Positions 41,836-52,345 of a stretch of 64,000 bases of DNA are shown one piece after another. The translations under genes and the position numbers were made by a program. Position 1 is the stretch's first letter; every line of letters begins with the position of its first letter. Source of the stretch: the human T2T-CHM13v2.0 reference genome, Homo sapiens. The stretch lies in NCBI RefSeq assembly GCF_009914755.1, contig NC_060930.1, one strand, 5' to 3'. The notes below the pieces were generated by a model that saw only the letters and a list, made by a program, of their open reading frames with translations, was not told the DNA's origin and ran no database searches.

Positions 41836-42030
41836 AACAATAGTACATTATGTAGTTTCAAATAGGAGGAGAATATTGAAAGTTTCCAACACAAATAAAT
41901 GATAAATGTTTGAGATGATGGATATAATAATGACCCTGATCGGATCACTATACATTATTTGTATCAAAACTTTACTATGTACCCAAGATTATGTATAATT
42001 ATTATTTGTCAATTAAAAAATAAAATAAAA
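41836..42030 (+). mobile_element. L1MA 3' end (continuation of 33558-35163)
   Basis: caacacaaataaatgataaatgtttgagatgatggatat...attatttgtcaattaaaaaa resumes the L1MA 3'UTR exactly at the duplicated target site. Confidence 0.88.
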
Positions 42031-42851
42031 CAATTGTTACTTCTCTCCTCTTAAGGGGCCAAAAAGAAAATGACATTAAATAAAGAAAAAAGGTACATGT
42101 AAAAGCTGGTGTGTTTGCCAAATTTCTTTACAGTATAAGCTGTCCAGCCTTGGCTTTGATCTGGAATTTCTTAATCTGGGGATGCTGAAAGAAACAGTAA
42201 CATTTGAATTCCTCAATCTAACTTACACCCAGCTTTTTATTACACCACTAATCACTCCACTAAACCAAAAGTCTGTACTCATCCTTACCCACTTAAAAAC
42301 TGAACAGTTTTAATCCAGGAGAAAGGGATGGTGATCCAGAGGAGAGCATGTTATGACAATCACCGGCACCCAGACTTTCTTTGCTTTTGATAAACTTAAA
42401 CTTTGGATGAGTCAATGTTTGAAACGTTCAAAAGCATTATAATAATTTATTTGAAGGCTCTTTGTGATTTGCATGCCAGGTTATTTAAAAGGTTAGGCTA
42501 GAGACTTAATCTCTAGAGGTCTGGCAAATAACCACTATCATTCAGTGGGGAACAGGGGCATGTCAATTTTCAGTTCTAATTTGTCCTCTAGTCAAGAACC
42601 CTGTACATCCTTTTCTTATTATACCTCTCACTTTAACAAGACTGTTTAACACACCATGATGAGGGTTCTGCAAGACAGGGAGAGCTAAAGAGCTACCCAG
42701 TAACAGCATTTTTATAGAATATATAAAATCTAGTACTTTAATCTGAAATAAACAATAATTGGATGTTGAGGGTATTTTTTCCACCAAAGTTGCCAAGAAC
42801 TTCAAGGCAGTTTCTGTGAAAAACTGGAATAGATTTTTGTTGCCTATTTCC

Positions 42852-43217
42852 TCTACCTAAAAGGTGAGTGAAAAGACATATGTAGGATCACTGCTATATT
42901 TTATTAAATTTAAGATGAGCCATTATTTTATTTTCCACTAAGAAGAAGAAAAAAGCCTCCAATTAAACTGACAAAGTATTATCAGTTAGAATTTATACAT
43001 TTGCATCTTACTGAAAAATTCTTTTAGACTCATTTTAGATACAGATTGTATTATACATTATAGTTTTCTGTTTATGTGCCTTTCTATGTGCATAATAAAA
43101 TTTCAATGCTGATTCATGGTATAATCTTTTTGAAGACACTTTAAAAAGCAATTAAACTCAATCTTCATTAGTGTCTCCCTTATATGTAACTCTGGGGAAA
43201 TGACAACAACATAAACA
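42852..43217 (+). repeat. ~360-bp direct duplication, copy 1
   Basis: Matches 45535-45891. By eye about 13 substitutions and 2 indels. Confidence 0.95.
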
Positions 43218-43456
43218 GCTATGACCCAGTTTGAATACGTGCAGGTGAGCAATCACTTCACAAGCACTCCCTGACTGTAACAACTGTAAGACACATTCCA
43301 GTTCAAAGGATAAAATATGCGCATCACAGAAGTAGCGAAATGTAGCATTTGGGGATGAATAAAGTCTTCCTACTGGAGATATTTTGAGTGTATTTGCATT
43401 ATTCTGCATCTCCCTCTAAGAGTCTGCTGACCTTTGAATAAGACTTTGTGCCAGAT

Positions 43457-44588
43457 CCTGTACAGAAACTTAAAGAGGTGGCAATCTTACACTGCTGGGG
43501 TCATCAGAAAGGAAAGGAAAGGGAAATAGAAGGGAACCACCAAGCTGATATTGAAGCCAAAAGAGCCGCAAGGCAGGACCCTCCATTAGAAATGCTTATA
43601 GAAGGACCCCTAGTATGGGATAATCCCCTCCAGGAAACCAAGCCCCAGTACTCAGCAGGAGAAATAGGATGGGGAACCTCATGAGGACATAGTTTCCTCC
43701 CCTCAGGATGGCTAGCCACCGAAGAAGGAAAAATACTTTTGCCTGCAGCTAACCAATGGAAATTACTTAAAACCCTTCACCACACCTTTCACTTAGGCAT
43801 TGATAGCACCCATCAGATGGCCAAGTTATTATTTACTGGACCAGGCTTTTTCAAAACTATCAAGCAGATAGTCAGGGCCTGTGAAGTGTGCCAAAGAAAT
43901 AATCCCCTGCACTGCAGGCCATACATTTCAATCCCTGTATCTTTAACCTCCTTGTTAAGTTTGTCTCTTCCAGAATCAAAGCTGTAAAACTATAAATGGG
44001 TCTTCAAATGGAGCCCCAGATGCAGTCCATGACCAAGATCTACTGTGGACCCCTGGACCAGTCTGCTAGCCCATGTTCCGATGTTGATGACATCAAAGTC
44101 ACCCCTCCTGAGGAAATCTCAACTGCACGACCCCTACTATGCCCCAATTCAGCAGGAAGCAGCTAGAGAGGTTGTCAGCCAGCCTCCCCAACAGCACGTG
44201 GGTTTTCCTGTTGAGAGTGGGGACTGAGAGACAGGACTAGCTGGATTTCCTAGGCCAACTAAGAATCCCTAAACCTAGCTGGGAAGGTGACCGCATCCAC
44301 CTTTAAACACAGGGCTTGCAACTTAGTTCACACCCGACCAATCAGGTAGTAAAGAGAGCTCACTAAAATGCTAACTAGGCAAAAACAGGAGGTAAAGAAA
44401 TAGCCAATCACCTATTGCCTGAGAGCACAGGGGGAGGGACAATGATCGGGATATAAACCCAGGCATTCGAGCCGGCAACGCCTATCCCCTTTGGGTCCCC
44501 TGCCTTTGTGTGGGAGCTCTGTTTTCACTCTATTAAATCTTGCAACTGCAAAAAAATAAATAAATAAATAAAAAATAAAAATAAAAAA
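43457..44588 (+). pseudogene. HERV-W (HERV17) processed pseudogene: pol RNaseH/IN-start fused to env tail, LTR17 U3-R, poly(A)
   Basis: KEVAILHCWGHQKG and HLG...CEVC pol motifs; env tail PCIFNLLVKFVSSRI...NSAGSS; LTR17 from 44225 (tgagagacaggactagctgg) stops at 44550 after ATTAAA; A-tail; TSD AAGACTTTGTGCCAGAT at 43440-43456 and 44589-44605. Confidence 0.95.
44225..44550 (+). promoter_or_regulatory. LTR17 U3-R with CCAAT boxes, TATA and ATTAAA poly(A) signal
   Basis: ccaatc at ~44338 and ~44404, atataaa at 44451, attaaa at 44532. Confidence 0.7.
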
Positions 44589-45229
44589 AAGACTTTGTGC
44601 CAGATTTTCACATTTAAGATAATGCTACTCTATCATAAACTTCGAGTTGCTTTTGTAGTTAGAGGAGTGCAGTCATGACTAATTGACATCCTACACCCAG
44701 CTCCCTTACGTAGAGATGGTTTGGTTTCAGAATATGTATTTTATTCCACACAAATCCATATGCATAGTTTTGATATGTCATTGTAGTCCAAAGATGAAGG
44801 TGGCCCATTGCTTAAGATTTCTAATCAGATGCTTGCAAGTGGTTGTTAAAACCTTCCACAAAGTTTGGATATTTAAAAGGAGACTCGAAGGTAAGTTTGG
44901 AGGTGGACCTTAGATGCTAATGAGAGCCAAATTGATATCAATAAAACATAGGAGAAATTTGGTTATTTCAGTTGGAAATCAAAAAGAGAGAAAATGGAGA
45001 GAAGACAAAGATACTCTGTGAGGTGACATTTCTCCAGGGTGTTCCTAATTAAAGCAGATGAACGTTCCTTTTAAAGGCCTTAAAGTTGCTTTTGTTTGTG
45101 TTACCCCACACGTGCTTTGTCCTCTAGTGAATAGTATCCTTTGGAGTATGAATGGATAAGATCCAGCATTATCTGGCCAGGCAGGGCTCTAGAAGGAGGC
45201 AAGTGAGTCTTGCGTCGTCAGGTGGATGT

Positions 45230-45536
45230 GACTGAGAACTGTGGGAGTGAGGGGCTCCAGCCCGGGACTAGGTGAGTTAGCTTTGTGGATCATGAAGATG
45301 GAAGCCCACAGCTAGATGCTGCAGGAGCAAGAACCATGGCCAAGGTCTGTATTGGTCTAGCAAAGACAAGAGGAGATCCTTGCTTAAAACACAGAATGAG
45401 ATACATGCACAGGAATGAAACCCAAGTGTTCTATCAGCTGTTGGCCAGGAAAGCCAGAATTAATTCTTATATAAGACTAGGTGAGCTAACTCCCCTAGTA
45501 CCAGGCTACAGCCCCTCACTCCCACAGTTCTCAGTC
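45230..45536. repeat. 52-bp inverted repeat (arms 45230-45281 and 45485-45536)
   Basis: 47/52 reverse-complement identity, counted by eye. Confidence 0.92.
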
Positions 45537-45891
45537 TACCTAAAAGGTGAGTGAAAAGACATATGTAGGATCACTACTATATTTTATTAAATTTTAGATG
45601 TGCCATTATTTTATTTTCCACTAAGAAGGAGAAAAAAATGCCTCCAATTAAACTGACAAAGTATTATCACTTAGAATTTATACATTTGCCTCTTATTTTA
45701 GACTCATTTTAGATATAGATTTTATTATGTATTATAGTTTTCTGTTTATGTGCCTTTCTATGTGCATAATAAAATTCCAATGCTGATTCATGGTATAATC
45801 TTTTTGAAGACACTTTAAAAAGCAATTAAACTCAATCTTCATTAGTGTCACCCTTACATGTAACTCTGGGGAAATGACAACAACATAAACA
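45535..45891 (+). repeat. ~360-bp direct duplication, copy 2
   Basis: Matches 42852-43217. Confidence 0.95.
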
Positions 45892-45942
45892 TAACCTGGA
45901 CGTAGTGAGCAACATGTAAACAATACTTCATCTCACTCATTC

Positions 45943-48900
45943 AGTTGGCTACAACTATCCGGCTTTATTTCTGGGTTCTCTATTCTGTTCCATTGGTCTA
46001 TGTGCTTATTTTTATACCAATACTATGCTGTTTTGGTAAATATAGCCTTGTAGTATAATTTAAAGTCAGGTAATGTGATGCCTCCAGATTTGTTCTTTTT
46101 GCTTAGTCTTGCTTTGACTATGTGGGCTCTTTTTTGGTTCCACAGGAATTTTAAGATTCTTTTTTCTAGTTCTGTGAATAATGATGATGGTATTTTGATG
46201 GAAATTGCACTGAATTTGTAGATTGCTTTTGGCAATATGCTCATTTTCACAAAATTGATTTTACCCATCCATGAACATGGGATGTATTTCCATTTGTGTT
46301 GTCTATGATTTCTTTCAGCAGTGTTTCATAGTTTTTCATGTAGAAGTTTTTCACCTCCTTGGTTAGATATATTCATAAGTATCTAATGTTATTTTTGCAG
46401 CTGCGGTAAAAGGGGCTGAGTTCTTGATTTGAGTCTCAGTTTGGTCACTGTTGGTGTATAGCAGTGCTACCGATTTGTGTACATGATTTTGTATTCTTAA
46501 ACTTTACTGAATACATTTATCAGTTTTAGGAGCTTTTTGGATAAGCCTTTAGGGCCTTTTAGGTATATGATCATATCATCAGTGAACAGGAACAGTTTTA
46601 CTTCCTCTTTACTGATTTGGATGCCCTTTATTTCTTTGTCTTTTCTGATTTCTCTGGCTAGAACTTCTGATACTATGTTGAATAGAAGTGGTGAAAGTCA
46701 GCATCCTTGCCTTGTTCCAGTTCTCAGGGGTAATGTTTTCAACTTTCCCCCATTCAGTATAATGTTGGCTGTGGGTTTGTCATAGATAGCTTTATTACCT
46801 TGAGGTATGCCCCTTCTATGCTGATTTTGCTGAGGGTTTTAATCATAAAGGGATTCTGGATTTTGTCAAGTGCTTTTTTCTGCATCTATTGAGACGATCA
46901 TGTGATATTTGTGTTTAATTCTATTTATGTGATGCACCACATTTATTGGCTTGCGTATGTTAAACCATTCCTGCATCGCTAGTAGGAAACCCACTTGATC
47001 ATGGTGCATTATCGTTTTGATATGCTGTTGGATTCAGTTAGGTAGTATGTTGTAGAGAATTTTTGCATCTATGTTCATCAGGAATATTGGTCTGTAGTTT
47101 TCATTTTTGTTATGTGCTTTCCTGGTTTTGGTATTAGGGTGATACAGGTTTCATATAATGATTTAGGGAGGATTCCCTCTTTCTCTATCTTTGGAATAGT
47201 TTTAGTAAGACTGGTACCAATTCTTTTTTGAATGCCTGATAAAATTCATCTGTGAATCCATCTAGACTTTTTTTTGTTGCTAATTTTTTTATTACCAATT
47301 CAATCTCACTGACTGTCATTGGTCTGTTTAGAGTTCCTATTTCTTCCTGTTTTAATCTAGGAGGGTTGTATCTTTCCAGGAATTTATCCATGTCCTCTAG
47401 ATTTTCTAGTTTGTGCACGTAAAGGTGTTCATACCAGCCTTGAATAATCTTTTGTATTTCCGTGGTATTGGTTGTAATATCTCCTAGTTCATTTCTAATG
47501 GAGCGTATGTGGACCTTTACTTTTCCTGGTTAATCTCACTAGTGGTCTATCAATTTTCTTTATCTTTCCAAAGAACCAGCTTTTTGTTTCATTTATCTAT
47601 TGTGTTGGTTTTTTGTGTTTGTTTGTTTCAATTTCATTTAGTTCTGCTCTGTTCTTTATTGCTTCTTTTCTTCTGCTGGGTTTGGTTTGTTCTTGTGTCT
47701 CTAGTTCCTTGAGATGTGACCTTAAATTGTTTATTTGTGCTCTTCCAGACTTTTTGATGTAGGCATTTAATGCTATGAACTTTCCTCTTAGCACTGCTTT
47801 TGCTGTGTCCCAAAGTCTTTGATAAGTTGTATCACTATTATCATTAAATGCAAAGAATTTTTTAATTTCCATCTTGATGTCATTGTTCACCCAGATGTCA
47901 TTTAGGAGCAGATTATTTAATTTCCATATATTTGTACAGTTTTGAGGGTTCCTTTTGGAACTAATTTCTAATTTTATTCCACTGTGGCCTCAGAGGGTAC
48001 TTGATATAATTTTGATTTTCTTAAATTTGTTGGGAATTGTTTTGTGGCCTACTATATGTTCTAACTTGGAGAATGTTCCATGTGCTGATGAAAAGAATGC
48101 ATATTCTGCAGTTGTTACATAGAATGTTCTGTAAATAACTGGTGAGTTCATTTTTTCTAGGGTATAGTTTAAGTCCATTGTTTCTTTGTTGACTTTCTGT
48201 CTTGATGACCTGTCTAGTGTTGTCAGTGGAGTATTGAAGTCCTCCACTGTTATTGTGTTGCCATCTGTCTCATTTCTTAGGTCTAGTAATAACTGTTTTT
48301 TAAATTTGGTAGCTCCCATGTTAGGGTGCATATATATTTAGCATTGTGATATTTTCCTGTGGGACTGGTCATTTTATTGTTTTATAATGCCCCTCTTTGT
48401 CTTAACTGTTGTTGCTTTAAAGTCTGTTTTGTCAGATGTAAAGATAGCTACTCCTGCTCACTTTTCATTTCCATTTGCAAGGAATATCTTTTCTCACCCC
48501 TTTACCTTAAGTTCATGTGAGTCCTTATGTGTTAGGTGAGTCTCTTCAAGACAGCAGATACTTGGTTGGTGGACTTTTATCTATTCTGACATTCTGTATC
48601 TTTTAAGTGAACCATGTGGGCCATTTACATTCAATGTTAGTGTTGAGAATTGAGGTATTGTTTTATTCATCGTGCTAGTGGTTGCTTGACACCTTGTTTT
48701 TTTTTATTGTGTTATTGTTATATAGGCCCTCTGAGATTTACACTTTAAGGAGGTTCTATTTTGGTGTATTTTGAGGTTTTGTTTCAAGATTTAGAACTCT
48801 TTTTAGTATTTCTTATAGTTCTGGCTTGGTAGTGGCAAATTCTCTTAGCACTTGTTTGTCTGAAAAATACTTTATCTTGTTTTCATTTATGAAGCTTAGT

Positions 48901-49140
48901 TTAGCTGGATACAAAATTCTTGGCTGGCAATTATTTTGTTTGAAGAGACTAAAGAAAGGACCCCAACACTTTTTGGCTTGTAGGGTATCTACTGAGAGCT
49001 TTGCTGTTAATCTGATAGGTTTTTCTTTATAGGTTACCTGATGCTTTTACCTCACAGCTCTTAAGATTCTTTTCTTTCTCTTGACTTTAGATAATCTGAT
49101 GACTATGTGCCTGGGTGATGATCTTTTTGCGACGAATTTA
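45943..49140 (-). mobile_element. L1PB-type LINE fragment (mid-ORF1 to late ORF2), truncated at both ends
   Basis: Minus-strand ORF2 remnants ([26 protein letters not shown]). No 3'UTR or poly(A) at the 45943 end. Confidence 0.9.
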
Positions 49141-49207
49141 TAACAGTGCTATTAATTTATTCCACTAATTCTGTTGATGCTAAACTTTAGACTGAAGACA
49201 ATGCAAA

Positions 49208-49445
49208 AAATTTTTAAATTATACTTTAAGTTCGGGGATATATGTGCAGAACGTGCAGGTTTGTTATATAGGTATACATGTGCTATGGTGGTTTTCTGCA
49301 CCCACCAATCCGTCATCTAGGTTTTAAGCCCCACAGGTTCTCACTCATAAATAGGAGTTGAACAATATGAACACATGGACACAGGGAGGGGAACATCACA
49401 CAGCGGGGTCTGTTGGGGTGGGGGCAAGTGGAGTGATAGCATTAA
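49208..49445 (-). mobile_element. Short 5'-inverted L1PA (PA8-11-like) 3' end
   Basis: Antisense 3' end at 49210-49335 joined to a sense 3'UTR piece at 49336-49445. TSD aagacaatgcaaa at 49195-49207 and 49444-49456. Confidence 0.88.
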
Positions 49446-49636
49446 GACAATGCAAATTCTTCATACAGGAACAAAAGAATAATTAGCAGCCATGATTGAC
49501 AAGGAAATTGAGGACTGCGTGTTACATTGTAAACCCTGAGAGTAAGAAAACATGCCCAGTATTGGATAATGATTATGAAGAGTACTCAAGAAAATAAATA
49601 AAATGGACTGTGTTGTTTTAAAAGAAAGACTGTTAA

Positions 49637-49959
<323 letters not shown>

Positions 49960-50579
49960 TTATTCCCTCCTCTCAGATGTAAATAAAATTATATTTCTTA
50001 AGTTACTGAAACTTAGAAGCATTTCCAGCAACTGTGGTAATAAGCTGGACAATGGCTTGCATGGGAATCATAAACTTCCTTACTTATAATATCTTGATTC
50101 TTAGTTAAATAAAGATACTTCCTCTAAGGGGTACACTACCAAATGTAACATTGTCAATATAATATTTTTACTATTATCTGGTTCAAGCCGGATCCCTTCT
50201 TGTTTGTTTTTAGTAAAGGCTAAAACCACTAATCTGATTATACAACACTGACAACTACAGATAGTATAGTACTATATAGCCCTACTCTGAAAACAGAAGT
50301 TCATCACTTTTGTTCTTCTTTGAATCTTGGAAAAATTCCCTAAAAACTTTCTGAGCTAGAAGAAACCTTCACAAGTAGGACATTTTCCCATTTACTTCAT
50401 ATGTCAGGTTTTGGCCAGGGCAACAAGGGCACCATATTGCTATACTTTAGAGTCCTTTAACCTCTGGGTCAGGATGATGGTGATGTTTGCTAATGGTACA
50501 TTCTTTAAGTCACAAATGAGAATGGATCCCTGCTGAACCCCCCACACCCCTCCTAATTGTATAGAGGGCAAAAGGGAGA

Positions 50580-50775
50580 GAAGGGAGTAAAGGTAACTAC
50601 ACAAACAATTTGAGAATCTCTCAGAATATAATAAATGATAATATTACAATCCCACCCACATTCCATTAGCCAGGACTCATTCACATGGCCACAACCTAAC
50701 TGCAAGGGAAGCTGTAAAGTATAGCCTTCCTTTGTGTCTAGAAAAAGAAAATTGGATAGTGAACACAGCATTGTT
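50580..50775 (-). mobile_element. MLT1 (J/K-type) fragment
   Basis: cacattccattagccaggactc...cacatggccacaacctaactgcaagggaagctg. Confidence 0.65.
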
Positions 50776-50899
50776 GCATTTATAAGAGCAACTCAACCTC
50801 AAGAATAATTAGAGGGATGAAAATTCAAACAGTAAATACAATTTAACCCATTAATTGTCAAGAATTAGAAATTAAAATAATATAAAGGTGGGATGTGGA

Positions 50900-51340
50900 A
50901 ATAGAAACAGACATAGACTAGGGGTGGGTTTCTGAATTCATTCTGGTGAGCAGCTAGTGCACTTGAATATGCACATACCCTAAGATCCAGCAATTCTATT
51001 TCTGAGTAAATGCTCTATAGTAATTTTTGTATAGATGTCCAAGGAGATTTATATAAGAATGTTGTTTACAGAGTTATGGGTAAAAGTCAAGGCAATGAGA
51101 AGGTCTATCAATAAGAAAATACATAAGCAAAATGGAGCATATATCCAATCAGTATAATAATACATAGTGATCAGAAGCAATTAATATACAAAAATATAAA
51201 CAGATTTTTATGTAAATTTTGCATAAAATTTTAAAAAATATAATAATACTATATATTAGGATGCATATTTTATAAAAATAAGTGAAAGTTGGAATGCAAG
51301 GACATGCACAGAATGGGTGCCTATGAGGTGGAAGGGGAAT
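50900..51340 (+). mobile_element. Old L1ME fragment
   Basis: catacccaaagatccagcaattctatttctgag-like L1 3' motif. Confidence 0.6.
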
Positions 51341-51345
51341 GGTAT

Positions 51346-51694
51346 TGTCTTAGCCCATTTTCTGCTGCTATAACAGAATATCACAGACTGGGTAATTTAT
51401 AGACAAAAGAAGTTTATTTGGCTCAATGTTCTGGAGGCTGGGAAGTTTAAGAGCATGGCCTCAGTATCTGGTTAGGGTTATCCCATGGCAGAAGGCAGAA
51501 GGCAAGAGAGCAGGTGTGAGAGGGTTTGCTTTTTCTCATGAGAACTGACCTACTCCTGCACTAACAGCAATAATCCATTCATGAGGATGGAGCCACTAAG
51601 ATCTAATCACTGCTTAAAAGTCCCACCTCTTAATGTTGTTACAATGGCAATTAAATTCCAACATGAGTTTGCAGGTATACATTCAAACCAAAAC
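51346..51694 (-). mobile_element. MST (MSTB/C-type) MaLR LTR
   Basis: tgtcttagcccattttctgctgctataacagaata...acattcaaaccaaaaca. Confidence 0.85.
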
Positions 51695-51815
51695 ATGGAG
51701 GAAGATAGAAAATAAAAAAAATTCCAAAAAGAAGTGGGCAGACCCAGACTTATACTTAGTAGTGTCTCATCAGCTAGGAAGTCTAATTAACAAATTCTGG
51801 CTATCTGAGGTTTAG

Positions 51816-52345
<530 letters not shown>

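Noticed and set aside
43930-44170. Syncytin-1 (ERVW-1) gene
   Set aside because: Only the env cytoplasmic tail is present. It has an internal stop and the 12-nt segment that ERVW-1 lacks.
45230-45536. The 52-bp inverted repeats as MITE terminal inverted repeats
   Set aside because: No TSD flanks them, and the right arm is fused to a fold-back and to the duplication junction.
42852-45891. The 360-bp direct repeats as LTRs of an unknown retroelement
   Set aside because: There are no TG...CA ends with TSD, PBS or PPT. The HERV-W piece between them has its own TSD.
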